Assembly: GCA_040752415.1 (NCBI GenBank)
Contig: JBFMGU010000323.1
Coordinates: 1-11,062 of the forward strand
Length of the DNA stretch: 11,062 bases
Direction of reading: 5' to 3'
Source of the DNA: Myxococcota bacterium
Lineage (GTDB): Bacteria; Myxococcota; JACRCW01
The translations under genes and the position numbers were made by a program. Of the stretch, positions 1 through 7,995 are shown one piece after another. The notes beneath the pieces are model-generated. The model ran no database searches. It saw nothing but the letters and a program-made list of their open reading frames with translations, and was not told the DNA's origin. Every line of letters begins with the position of its first letter. Position 1 is the first letter of the stretch.

Positions 1-39
1 GTCGCGCCTTGTGCGCCCAGCGGACGCGGCACATCTACG

Positions 40-114
40 CCTCCCCACGCCGTGGGGGAGGTCGGCCGCCACGACGAGAAATCGGTGAAATCGTGAGGCG
101 GCCGGGTGGGGGGG
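40..114. repeat. GC-rich double-hairpin intergenic palindromic element (REP/CIR/RIME-like)
   Basis: Hairpin CCTCCCCAC-GCC-GTGGGGGAGG (40-61), then CGGCCGCC (63-70) pairing perfectly with GGCGGCCG (97-104) with inner CACGA/TCGTG, then GGGTGGGGGGG. The layout resembles intergenic palindromic repeats of GC-rich bacteria. Only one copy is visible here, so repeat status is inferred. Confidence 0.45.
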
Positions 115-274
115 CCGACCCGCCACCATCCCCGAGTGGTGACACGTTCCACCCCCCGTCGTCCCCCTGGGCCGGGTTCCCTTCGTGGCACCTGGCGGAA
201 TCCCGCCTGTGGCCGTGCCTCCGCTGCGGACTCCGGCCCATCCCGTCGGTACATGCACGGTGAGCCACCACGTC

Positions 275-280
275 GGGAGG
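275..280 (+). promoter_or_regulatory. Shine-Dalgarno site of the CBS gene
   Basis: GGGAGG ending 5 nt upstream of ATG 286. Confidence 0.75.
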
Positions 281-285
281 CCGCC

Positions 286-705
286 ATGTCCCTGGAAAGG
301 TTCTGTCGCAAGCACATCGTGTCCACCACGACGCAGCAGTCCGCGCTGGAGGCCGCGCAGCGCATGAACGAGTCGCACGTGGGCGCCGTGGTCGTCACCG
401 ACGACGGAAAACCCGTGGGCATGCTCACCGACCGGGACCTCGTGATGCGCGTGGTGGCGGAGGGCCGCGACGCCGCGCGCACGCCGGTGGGCGACATCAT
501 GAGCCGCGACCTGGCCTTCGTCTACGACGACGACAACATCGACTCCGCCGCCGCGTGCATGCGCCAGGCGGGGGTGCGGCGCCTCCCCATCCTGCACCAC
601 GACGGGACGCTGGCCGGCATGGTCACCCTCGACGACCTGATGGTGCTCTTCTCGGCGGAGCTGTCCACCACCGCGGGCGCGGTGCGGGAGAACCGCGGGC
701 CCTGA
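286..705 (+). CDS. CBS-domain pair protein (139 aa)
   Basis: In frame with ORF 106..705; start moved to ATG 286 because of the SD. Two CBS motifs: AAQRMNESHVGAVVVTDDGKPVGMLTDRDLV and MRQAGVRRLPILHHDGTLAGMVTLDDL. Confidence 0.92.
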   Translation: MSLERFCRKHIVSTTTQQSALEAAQRMNESHVGAVVVTDDGKPVGMLTDRDLVMRVVAEGRDAARTPVGDIMSRDLAFVYDDDNIDSAAACMRQAGVRRLPILHHDGTLAGMVTLDDLMVLFSAELSTTAGAVRENRGP

Positions 706-709
706 CCGC

Positions 710-1270
710 TCACGCGCTCCACGTCACCTGGAACACCGCTCCCTCGCCATTCAACGTCCCGGCCACCTGCGCGCCCTCGCGTCCGGTGAGCGTGAGCACC
801 GTCTCCAACCCCGCCGAGAGCGAGCGCACGTCGCGCACGGCAATGCCGGGATACCCGCGCAAGTTCAGCTCCGCCCGTCCCGGCGACACCAGTCGCGCCT
901 GCATCTCCCCCACGTTGCGAGTGCGGGAGTAGATGAGCGGCGTGCGGGCAATCAGCGCCTCGTCGGAGGTGAAGCTGAGGAGGATGCGCCACAGCGTCTT
1001 GAAGGAGCGCTCCATGGCTTCACGCAACAGCTTCTCGTGGAAGGCCAGCGGCTCCTGGCCCAACGCGCGCGCGATGGCGTCGTGGACGGCGTACTCGGTG
1101 GCGGTGGGCACCCAGGAGACCGCGGACGCGCCCAGATACTCCTCACGCAGCGGTTCCGGCAGCTCCGCCAGCGCCTTCTGGAGGAACGCCGCGCCGTGCC
1201 GCTCCTCGACGATCTTGCGCATGTGCAGGATGCGCGTTCCCGCTGCGCACGGCACCACCGGCTGAGTCAT
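710..1270 (-). CDS. Hypothetical protein, DUF2378/H-NOX-V4R-like small ligand-binding fold (186 aa)
   Basis: Coding-like ORF convergent with the CBS gene (4-nt gap). The pattern G...ERHG....KALAELP...R..Y......SWVP......VHDAIA...G, then P.IYSRT.NVGEM and C-terminal F.VTW, recalls the myxobacterial DUF2378-like family. Family call is from memory. Confidence 0.6.
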   Translation of the reverse strand: MTQPVVPCAAGTRILHMRKIVEERHGAAFLQKALAELPEPLREEYLGASAVSWVPTATEYAVHDAIARALGQEPLAFHEKLLREAMERSFKTLWRILLSFTSDEALIARTPLIYSRTRNVGEMQARLVSPGRAELNLRGYPGIAVRDVRSLSAGLETVLTLTGREGAQVAGTLNGEGAVFQVTWSA

Positions 1271-1303
1271 TGCCAGCTCTCGTCGGGCAGGTGGTGCGGT
1301 TTG

Positions 1304-2071
1304 TCAACCGGATCGACACGCGCGCTGCATCAGTCCCCACAGGTGCGGCGCCAGCATGCGCGCCCAATCGCGACATCCTACTGGCCCCGGGTGATACCCG
1401 TCCTCCACGAAATCTCCGTCGTCGCGGATGGGCGTGGGGACGTGCGCCGCGTGCGGTGTGCGGCCCGCCAGCTCCGCCAGCGACGCATCCAGGCACGCCG
1501 AGCGCCACCCCATCACCGTGCGCAGCGGCTGGGGCAACGCGGGAAAGGCGTGCAACGGCGGCACCCCCGCCAGCATGAGCGGCAGGACCGCCCCGCGTGA
1601 CGTCGTCACCCGCGTGCGCAGGGTGGCCAGCAGCGTGTGCATGTCGCGGGAGAACTGGGTGGGCGAGCGCAGCCCGGTGGTGTCATTGACACCGAACACC
1701 ACCACGCACACGTCGGCGTGCTCCTGCCAGTCTTCGCGTTGCAGCGTCGTCACGTAGTCCATCACGCGCGTGCCGGTGATGCCGCGCGCCTTCCACCACA
1801 CCGTGCGCCCACTGACCTGCGCGAGCGCCGCGCCGAGCTGACCCCCGATCGCGCTTTCGTGCGAGCCGTGCCCCACGCCGGCCACCGGGGACTCCCCGAC
1901 GACGAGCAACCGCACCGCGTCCCCGTCGCCAGCATGCGTGCCCTCGGCGGCGCCGGGCGCGTCGGGGAGGCGGGGCGTGCGCGCGCGAGTCCAGCGTCCC
2001 TGCAGGAACAACAGCGGCGCCAGCGCCAGCGTGGCGGCGTGCACCAGCGGATACCGCCACGCGTACTTCAT
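1304..2071 (-). CDS. SGNH/GDSL-family hydrolase (255 aa)
   Basis: Block I VVGESPVAGVG (GES variant of GDS), block II Gly in ARGITG, block III FGVND, block V DGYHP. Hydrophobic N-terminus LALAPLLFLQG. Confidence 0.9.
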   Translation of the reverse strand: MKYAWRYPLVHAATLALAPLLFLQGRWTRARTPRLPDAPGAAEGTHAGDGDAVRLLVVGESPVAGVGHGSHESAIGGQLGAALAQVSGRTVWWKARGITGTRVMDYVTTLQREDWQEHADVCVVVFGVNDTTGLRSPTQFSRDMHTLLATLRTRVTTSRGAVLPLMLAGVPPLHAFPALPQPLRTVMGWRSACLDASLAELAGRTPHAAHVPTPIRDDGDFVEDGYHPGPVGCRDWARMLAPHLWGLMQRACRSG

Positions 2072-2204
2072 GCGCGGGCGCGTTGTGTCACGACGTCACC
2101 GCTTCCGCCACCGGCTCCCTCACGCCGGGGACATGCCTGCGCCGCCCGTAACACACCCGCACCGCGGGCATCACCAGCTGCACAATCCGACGCAAGGCAT
2201 GGAC

Positions 2205-5171
2205 CTACGGACAGGGTGGGGCGAGGTTGGCGCTGCCCGGGCTGGGGGGCGCGAGCACGCTGAACCGGCGGCCGTCACGACGCCCATCCGCGCACCGTTG
2301 CACCGACTGGGCGTCCGAAGGACCAGGGGTCGCAGCCTCATCCAGCTGCACGCGGCCCGGGGTTCCCGTCGGTCCAAGCAGCGTGTCCAGCAGCGTGGGA
2401 TCGTCGGTGTCCCCGGTCTCATACACCAGCGCGTCGATCAGCCCGCTCGCGGTGACGGCGGTGTTGTTGGGGAAGTTGCTCGCCGCCGCCTGATAGATGC
2501 CCACGGCGTCCTGGCCGTTTTGCAGGGTGTTGCCGGGCCAAGTGATCGCGGGGGTCGGCAAGACGCCAGTGTTCCCGAGGAGGAGCAACCCGTTGGCGTC
2601 GGTGGACGCGTTCAGGTCCACCGCCAGGTAACTGACGTCGGTCGACCCGTTCCAGCCAATGAGCGAGTAACCCGCGAGCGACACGTAGGGGACGCCAGCG
2701 CTGATCTCCACGAACTCCGCTGCGTCCACGCCCGGCGTGTCCGAGTCCAGCTCATTGATCTGCAGCCGGATCACCGTGACGTTGTACGGCGTGGCCGTCC
2801 CGTTGGGCGTGGTGACCGTCAGGTCCTGCGCGCCCAGCGGCGTGGCGTCGTCGAGCGCGGTGACGGTGATCTGCGTGTCGGAATCCACCGTGAAGACCTG
2901 CGCCACGCCGCCCACCGTCACCGAGGTGGCGCCCGTGAGCTTGCGTCCCGTCGCCACCAGCTGGCCGCCGTGCGCAATCACCGCGTAGTCCACCGCGCTC
3001 ACCGTCGGGACCAGGCAGATCGGCACCGTGTCGCAGTCGGTGTCCGCGCAGTCCACCGCGCCGTCGCAGTCGTTGTCCGTCACGTCGGTGCAGTCCTGCT
3101 CCACCGTGCCGCCCGGGCAGAGGCATTCCACGGTCGCCAGCGCGCACACGCTGCCGTTGGCGTCACACGCCAGGCCGTCGCAGTCGGGGTCCGCGCAGTC
3201 CGCCACGCCGTCGCAATCGTCATCGCTGGTGTTGTCGCAGACCTCCGAGGTGCCCGCCGGACAGGTGCACGCCAGCCCGCTGCACACCAGCCCGAAGTCA
3301 CCGCAGCCCAGCCCGTCGCAGTCCTGGTCTTCGCAGTCCGCCAGGCCGTCGCAGTCGTCGTCGCTGGTGTTGGTGCAGGACACCTCGGTGGTGTTGCCGC
3401 TGGGGCACAGGCACTCCGCCGTTGCCAGCGCGCACAGGCCGCCGTAGGCGTTGCAGGACTGCCCGTTGCACTCGTCGTCCTCGCAGTCGGTGGCGCCGTC
3501 GCAGTCGTCGTCGGTGCCGTCGCCGCACAGTGTCTCGCTGCTTCCCGTGAGGCAGTTGCAGGTGAGGCTCCCGCAGGTCTGGCCGGAGAGGCCGCAGCTC
3601 AGCCCGTCGCAGTCGGTGTCCGCGCAGTCCACCGCGCCGTCGCAGTCGTTGTCGCTGGTGTCCCCGCAGCTGGTCTCCGGTCCGCTGCCCGCGCACTGGC
3701 ATACCTGGCTGATGCACACCTCGTTCACGTCGGAGCACACCTGCCCGTCGCAGCCGGCATCCTCGCAGTCCGCCAGGCCGTCGCAGTCGTCGTCGGTGGT
3801 GTTGCCGCACACCTCCACGGCGCTCTCACACTCGCACGCCAGGCTGATGCACATGAGCCCGTTGGCGCCGCAGGCCAGCCCGTCGCAGTCCGGGTCCTCG
3901 CAGTCCGCCAGGGTGTCGCAGTCGTCGTCGACGTTGTTGTCGCAGGTCTCCGCGTAGCAGCCGCACGCCTCGGTGAAGGTGCAGGTGTCATCCGCGCAGT
4001 CCACGGTGCCGTCCACGTCGTCATCCAGCGTGTTGGTGCAGTCCTCCGCGGGCACCATGTTCGCCGCGCCCGGGGTCACCGCGGTGGTCGCCGCCCAGTC
4101 GGCCTGCGCGTCGCCGGTGTCCTGCCCGTCGGGGAAGCGGATGAGTGAGCGGCTGGGGGTGGTGGCGCCCACGTCGTCAATGACGCTGGTGGCGGTGCCT
4201 TCCACCAGGCTCAGCGTCTGGCCGTCGACGGCGGCGTTGGTGAGGCTGCCCTCGTAGGAGAGCGCGTCCAGCAGCGTGTGGTGCGTGTGGTCGTAGAGCG
4301 CCACACCGTCGGGGCCGCCGTTCTGGATGAAGCTGTCGGTGCCGCTGGGGAAGGGCACCACCACCGCGCCGGCGCCAATCCCGGTGAGCCCCGGGCTGGC
4401 CACCACCAGGTACTGCCCCGACGCCAACGTGCCGCTGAGCGGGATGCTCTCGTAGATCAGGCCGTTGTTGCCGTTGACCAGCTCCAGCGTCACGCCGTCC
4501 AGCACCACCGGGCCGCTGCCCGCGTTCAAGAGCTCCACGAACTCCGCGGTGTCCGTGCTGGGCTGGTCGTAGTCCACCTCGTTGATCACCACGGTCCCGC
4601 ACACCGCCGCGGTGGCGCAGTCGGAATCCGCGCAGTCCACGTCGTTGTCGAGGTCGTCGTCGGTGGTGTTGGCGCAGTCTTCCGCGGGACCGCCGCTGCT
4701 GGATGACGAGGACGAGGTGGAGCTGGACGTGCTGGAGGACGTGCTGCCCGACCCCGCCGTCCCCGAGGAGGTCGACGACGAGGAGGAAGCGCTGCCCACC
4801 CCACCCGACGAGGAAGAGGTTCCACCCGTGGAGGAACTGGCGCCCGACGACGACGACGACACCGACGACGAGCTCTCCCCGCTGGAGGAACCGGAGGACG
4901 TGCTCGCGCTGCCCGACGACGTGGCTCCGCTGGAACTGCTGGAGCCCACCGTGCCGGAGGAGGACGACGCCTCGCTGCTGATGCCGCCGGAAGAGGAGCT
5001 CGACGACGAGCCGCTGGTTCCCGACGCCACCGACGAGCTGGTGGTGATCCCGCCGCTGGAGCTGGTGGATTCCTCCTCCGTCGGGGTGGTGCCGGTGCTG
5101 GTGCAACCCGTCAACGTCAGGAACAGCGCCATCCCCATCGTGGGGGTCCGCCAGGCCAGGGGTCTCGTCAT
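2205..5171 (-). CDS. Large surface lipoprotein: Ser-rich stalk, two lamin-tail-like domains, Cys/Asp repeats, IPT/TIG domain (~988 aa)
   Basis: Start moved to ATG 5171 (GGAG 6 nt upstream). Signal peptide ends in lipobox LTG-C. Ser/Thr/Gly tract; LTD-like domains VVINEVDYDQPSTDTAEFVEL...TPGAAN (~4059-4595) and LQINELDSDTPGVDAAEFVEI...SPGSAN (~2223-2768); IPT/TIG-like PTVSAV...TGATSVTVGG...DSDTQIT...VTTPNG (~2772-3008). Confidence 0.88.
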   Translation of the reverse strand: MTRPLAWRTPTMGMALFLTLTGCTSTGTTPTEEESTSSSGGITTSSSVASGTSGSSSSSSSGGISSEASSSSGTVGSSSSSGATSSGSASTSSGSSSGESSSSVSSSSSGASSSTGGTSSSSGGVGSASSSSSTSSGTAGSGSTSSSTSSSTSSSSSSSGGPAEDCANTTDDDLDNDVDCADSDCATAAVCGTVVINEVDYDQPSTDTAEFVELLNAGSGPVVLDGVTLELVNGNNGLIYESIPLSGTLASGQYLVVASPGLTGIGAGAVVVPFPSGTDSFIQNGGPDGVALYDHTHHTLLDALSYEGSLTNAAVDGQTLSLVEGTATSVIDDVGATTPSRSLIRFPDGQDTGDAQADWAATTAVTPGAANMVPAEDCTNTLDDDVDGTVDCADDTCTFTEACGCYAETCDNNVDDDCDTLADCEDPDCDGLACGANGLMCISLACECESAVEVCGNTTDDDCDGLADCEDAGCDGQVCSDVNEVCISQVCQCAGSGPETSCGDTSDNDCDGAVDCADTDCDGLSCGLSGQTCGSLTCNCLTGSSETLCGDGTDDDCDGATDCEDDECNGQSCNAYGGLCALATAECLCPSGNTTEVSCTNTSDDDCDGLADCEDQDCDGLGCGDFGLVCSGLACTCPAGTSEVCDNTSDDDCDGVADCADPDCDGLACDANGSVCALATVECLCPGGTVEQDCTDVTDNDCDGAVDCADTDCDTVPICLVPTVSAVDYAVIAHGGQLVATGRKLTGATSVTVGGVAQVFTVDSDTQITVTALDDATPLGAQDLTVTTPNGTATPYNVTVIRLQINELDSDTPGVDAAEFVEISAGVPYVSLAGYSLIGWNGSTDVSYLAVDLNASTDANGLLLLGNTGVLPTPAITWPGNTLQNGQDAVGIYQAAASNFPNNTAVTASGLIDALVYETGDTDDPTLLDTLLGPTGTPGRVQLDEAATPGPSDAQSVQRCADGRRDGRRFSVLAPPSPGSANLAPPCP
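3015..4049 (-). repeat. Intragenic tandem array of 8 Cys/Asp-rich repeats
   Basis: Core E-x(1-2)-C-x-N/D-x2-D-D/N-D-C-D-G-x2-D-C-x-D-x2-C repeated 8 times; six units are ~45-49 aa with 8 Cys each. A ninth, isolated copy lies at ~4599-4685. At DNA level GTCGCAGTC recurs. Confidence 0.9.
4695..5069 (-). repeat. Low-complexity Ser/Thr/Gly linker (~125 aa)
   Basis: Translation STSSSGGITTSSS...SSSSSSS directly after the lipoprotein N-terminus. Confidence 0.9.
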
Positions 5172-5195
5172 CGTCATCTCCGTGGAAGCGGGTGC

Positions 5196-5201
5196 ACCAT
5201 A
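5196..5201 (-). promoter_or_regulatory. Candidate -10 element for the lipoprotein gene
   Basis: TATGGT on the - strand (TANNNT), 24 nt upstream of ATG 5171. No good -35 seen. Confidence 0.3.
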
Positions 5202-5470
5202 CACCGCGCCCTCACCCCACGTGACGACCCGTCACCGCGGCTGGTAGGCATCGCTCATGCCCTCGCTGGTCGCCTGCACCTTGCTGGGGTTGTCTCTCTG
5301 CATGGACCGCGGCGACGGCCTCAACGTCTGCATGTAGCTCGTCGTCACACAACGCGGACACCTCCGCACCTTTCCGCTTCTGGCAACGCTTGCGTCCGCT
5401 TTCACCCTTGCCGCTCCGTGATCTGTTGGGAGAGGATCCCACGTCGATCTGCCGCGCGGGGTGCAGCTTC

Positions 5471-6628
5471 ATGGTGGATCAGAGCCCGGAAGGTCGTGTG
5501 ACTGCACTGCAGCGGACCCTGGTGGTGAGCAATGAGCAGCTGCTGCTGTTGGCCGCGCCGGACTGCGGCCCGTGGCTGGCGTGCTCCTCCCGCGCGCTGG
5601 GCACGCTGGGCGTGGTGCGCGTGGTGGCGGAGGCGCGGCTGAACGGCGCGCTGGTGGTCAAGGACCCGCGCGGGAGCCGCACGCTGCACTTCGAGGGGGG
5701 GCAGTTCATTGGCGCGCGCAGCGACCACGTCGCGGACCGCCTGGGCGAGGTGCTGTGGCGCCAGGGGCGCGTCTCCCTGGACCAGGTGCTGATCGCCGCG
5801 GAGATGATGAAGGAAGGGCGCAAGCTGGGCCGGTGCCTGGTGGACCTGGGCTTCATCTCCATGGCGCAGCTGCGCGCGGGGCTGGTGGACCAGGCGGCGC
5901 ACATCCTGGAGGCGGCGTGCCTGGAGGAGAACGCCACGCTGGTCTTCTCCGCCGCGCCCCCACCGGAGCGGCCCATGCGCTTTGGGCTCTCCCTGGACGC
6001 GCTGCTGGCCCGCGCCGCCCAGGCGCTCGACGAGGTGCGCGCGCTCCAGGCCACCCTGCCCCCGCTCCAGGAGCCGCTCCACCTCGAGCTGCTCACCCCG
6101 CCGGAGGCCATCAGTGAGAGCGAGCACGCGCTGTGGCAGCTGGCCGCGAGCGCCAAGCGCAATCTCACCGGGGAGGAGCTGCTGGAACGCTCCGCGCTGG
6201 GCAAGCGCCAGGGCCTGCGCGACCTCGCCAAGCTCCTGCAGGCCGGACATCTCTCGGTGGAGGGCGGCGCACCCAAGGGCCCCAGCCCCGAGCCCACCCA
6301 GCACGTCACCCACCAATGCCTGGCGCTGAACCTGGTCTTGCGCGTGCTGGACCGCGCGGGCTTTGGCGCCGGCGACGCGGTGCGGGAGCTGGTGGCCACC
6401 CCGCCGCCGCAACACGCTCCCGCGCTCAAGGGCCTCTCCCTGGCCGAGCCGCTGGACCCCGACGAGGTCCTGGCCTTGGCCCGCGAGAACACCGGCGGCG
6501 TGCACGCCATGGCCGCGGCGCTGCAGAGCCTGCTGGACGAGGCGCTGCAACAAGCGGGAGAGATCCTCTCCAATGAGGACGCGGTGGACCTGCGTCAGCG
6601 CGTGGAGGCGGTGCTGCCTCCCACGTGA
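5471..6628 (+). CDS. DUF4388/PatA-N-like domain protein (~385 aa)
   Basis: N-terminal signature LNGALVV...RTLHFEGGQFIGARS...DRLGEVLWRQGRVS.DQV..A......GRKLGRCLVDLGFIS..QL..GL..QA..IL, typical of deltaproteobacterial DUF4388 proteins. ATG 5471 preferred over TTG 5390; start uncertain. Confidence 0.75.
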   Translation: MVDQSPEGRVTALQRTLVVSNEQLLLLAAPDCGPWLACSSRALGTLGVVRVVAEARLNGALVVKDPRGSRTLHFEGGQFIGARSDHVADRLGEVLWRQGRVSLDQVLIAAEMMKEGRKLGRCLVDLGFISMAQLRAGLVDQAAHILEAACLEENATLVFSAAPPPERPMRFGLSLDALLARAAQALDEVRALQATLPPLQEPLHLELLTPPEAISESEHALWQLAASAKRNLTGEELLERSALGKRQGLRDLAKLLQAGHLSVEGGAPKGPSPEPTQHVTHQCLALNLVLRVLDRAGFGAGDAVRELVATPPPQHAPALKGLSLAEPLDPDEVLALARENTGGVHAMAAALQSLLDEALQQAGEILSNEDAVDLRQRVEAVLPPT

Positions 6629-6637
6629 TTCACGGCG

Positions 6638-7879
6638 TCACGGAGCGCCAAAGAGCAGCGTGCTGTTGTGGCCGCCAAAGCCCGCGGCGTTGGCAATGGC
6701 GTAGCTCACCTTGGCGCGCTGGGCCTTGCCCGCCACCACGTTGATGGCGCAGTCGGGGTCGGGGTTCTGGTAGCTGATGCACGGGGTCAGGATCCCGTCG
6801 GTGACGGCGAGGATGGCCGCCATGGAGCTGACCCCGCCCGCGCCGCCCAGGCTGTGCCCCACCAGGCTCTTGGTGGCGCCCACCGGCAGCTTCTCCACGT
6901 GGCTGCCGAACACCGCCTTGAGCGCCGCCGCCTCGGCCACGTCGCCCTGCTCGGTGCTGGTGGCGTGCGCGCTGACAAAGCCCACGTCGGTGGGAGCCAC
7001 GCCGCCGGCCTCCAGCGCCTGCTTCATGGCCGCCGCCAGGCCGCTGCCGTCGGGGCGTGGGCTGGTGAGGTGGTGCGCGTCATTGGTGGCGCCGTAGCCG
7101 GCCAGGCGCGCCAGGATCTTCGCCCCGCGCTTCTCCGCCCGGTCACGACGCTCCAGCAAGAGCACCACCGCCGCCTCACCCATCACGAAGCCGTCGCGCT
7201 CCTTGTCGAAGGGGCGGCTGGCCAGCGCGGGGTTGTCGTTGTTGCGGCTCAAGGCACGCGCATTGGCGAACGCGCTCATCACAAAGCGGGTCACCGCCGC
7301 GTCGCCACCGCCGGCCAGGCACGCGTCCACCCGCCCGCTCTTGATCATGTCCACCGCCAACCCCAGCGAGTCCATGCTCGTGGCGCACGCGGTGGCCACG
7401 CAGTAGGCGGGCCCGGTGATGTTCCACTTCTGCGCAATCCACGCGCTGGTGGCGCTGTCCATGAGCTGCGGCACGGCAATGGAGCTCAGCGACCCGGCGC
7501 TCTGGTTCCACAACACGTCCAGCTCGTGGGTCAGCACCTCCAGGCCGCCGGAGCACACGCCCTGCACCACGCCCACCCGGCGACGGTCGCGCAGCGCGGC
7601 GTCGGGGTCCGGGCCCAGCGCCTCCGCGGCGGCGGCCAGGGACATCTGCACCACGCGCGAGGCGTGTGGGATCTGCTCGGGGCTGAGGAGCTTGGTGACG
7701 TCAAAGCCACCGCGCACCATGCCGCCAATGTGCACCGGCATGTCGTCGTTCTTGAACTCGGTGATGGTGACCACGCCGCTGCGGCCTTCCAGCACCGCGT
7801 CCCTGAAGCCCGCCACGCCACCGCCCAGCGGCGTGACCGCACCGATTCCCGTGACCACCACTTCCACGCCTGCTGCCAT
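6638..7879 (-). CDS. fabF: Beta-ketoacyl-ACP synthase II family protein (413 aa)
   Basis: VVVTGIGAVTPLG, catalytic ATAC, SRPFDKERDGFVMGE, HATST, KSLVGHSLG, GFGGHN. Cys-His-His triad intact. SD GGAGG 9 nt upstream. Confidence 0.92.
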   Translation of the reverse strand: MAAGVEVVVTGIGAVTPLGGGVAGFRDAVLEGRSGVVTITEFKNDDMPVHIGGMVRGGFDVTKLLSPEQIPHASRVVQMSLAAAAEALGPDPDAALRDRRRVGVVQGVCSGGLEVLTHELDVLWNQSAGSLSSIAVPQLMDSATSAWIAQKWNITGPAYCVATACATSMDSLGLAVDMIKSGRVDACLAGGGDAAVTRFVMSAFANARALSRNNDNPALASRPFDKERDGFVMGEAAVVLLLERRDRAEKRGAKILARLAGYGATNDAHHLTSPRPDGSGLAAAMKQALEAGGVAPTDVGFVSAHATSTEQGDVAEAAALKAVFGSHVEKLPVGATKSLVGHSLGGAGGVSSMAAILAVTDGILTPCISYQNPDPDCAINVVAGKAQRAKVSYAIANAAGFGGHNSTLLFGAP

Positions 7880-7995
7880 GGCCTAGGCCTCCATCCAGGT
7901 TCCCGACCGCGCGGGGGATGCGTGGAAACCACAGCGCGGAGGTCTTTTGCAAGTGGCCTGGAATTGTCGCGCGTCTCGAAAAATCCCCGGTGCTT

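Noticed and set aside
1886..1894. GES instead of GDS in the SGNH hydrolase as a sign of inactivity
   Set aside because: The nucleophilic Ser, oxyanion Gly/Asn and DxxH are all present; the D-to-E change is conservative.
3015..4049. CRISPR-like periodic DNA repeats
   Set aside because: The repeats are degenerate, in-frame protein repeats with related intervening sequence; no cas genes.
1938..4148. 736-aa ORF on +, and similar long ORFs 5402-6553, 5479-6573, 6668-8137, 8745-9995, 8806-10020
   Set aside because: They overlap well-supported genes on the opposite strand, carry no recognisable motifs, and are expected from stop-codon scarcity at high GC.
4582..5247. 221-aa highly acidic ORF on +
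   Set aside because: Antisense shadow of the Ser-rich linker of the lipoprotein gene.
5381..5394. Sigma-54 promoter TGGCA...TTGC
   Set aside because: GG-to-GC spacing is 8 nt rather than the required 10.
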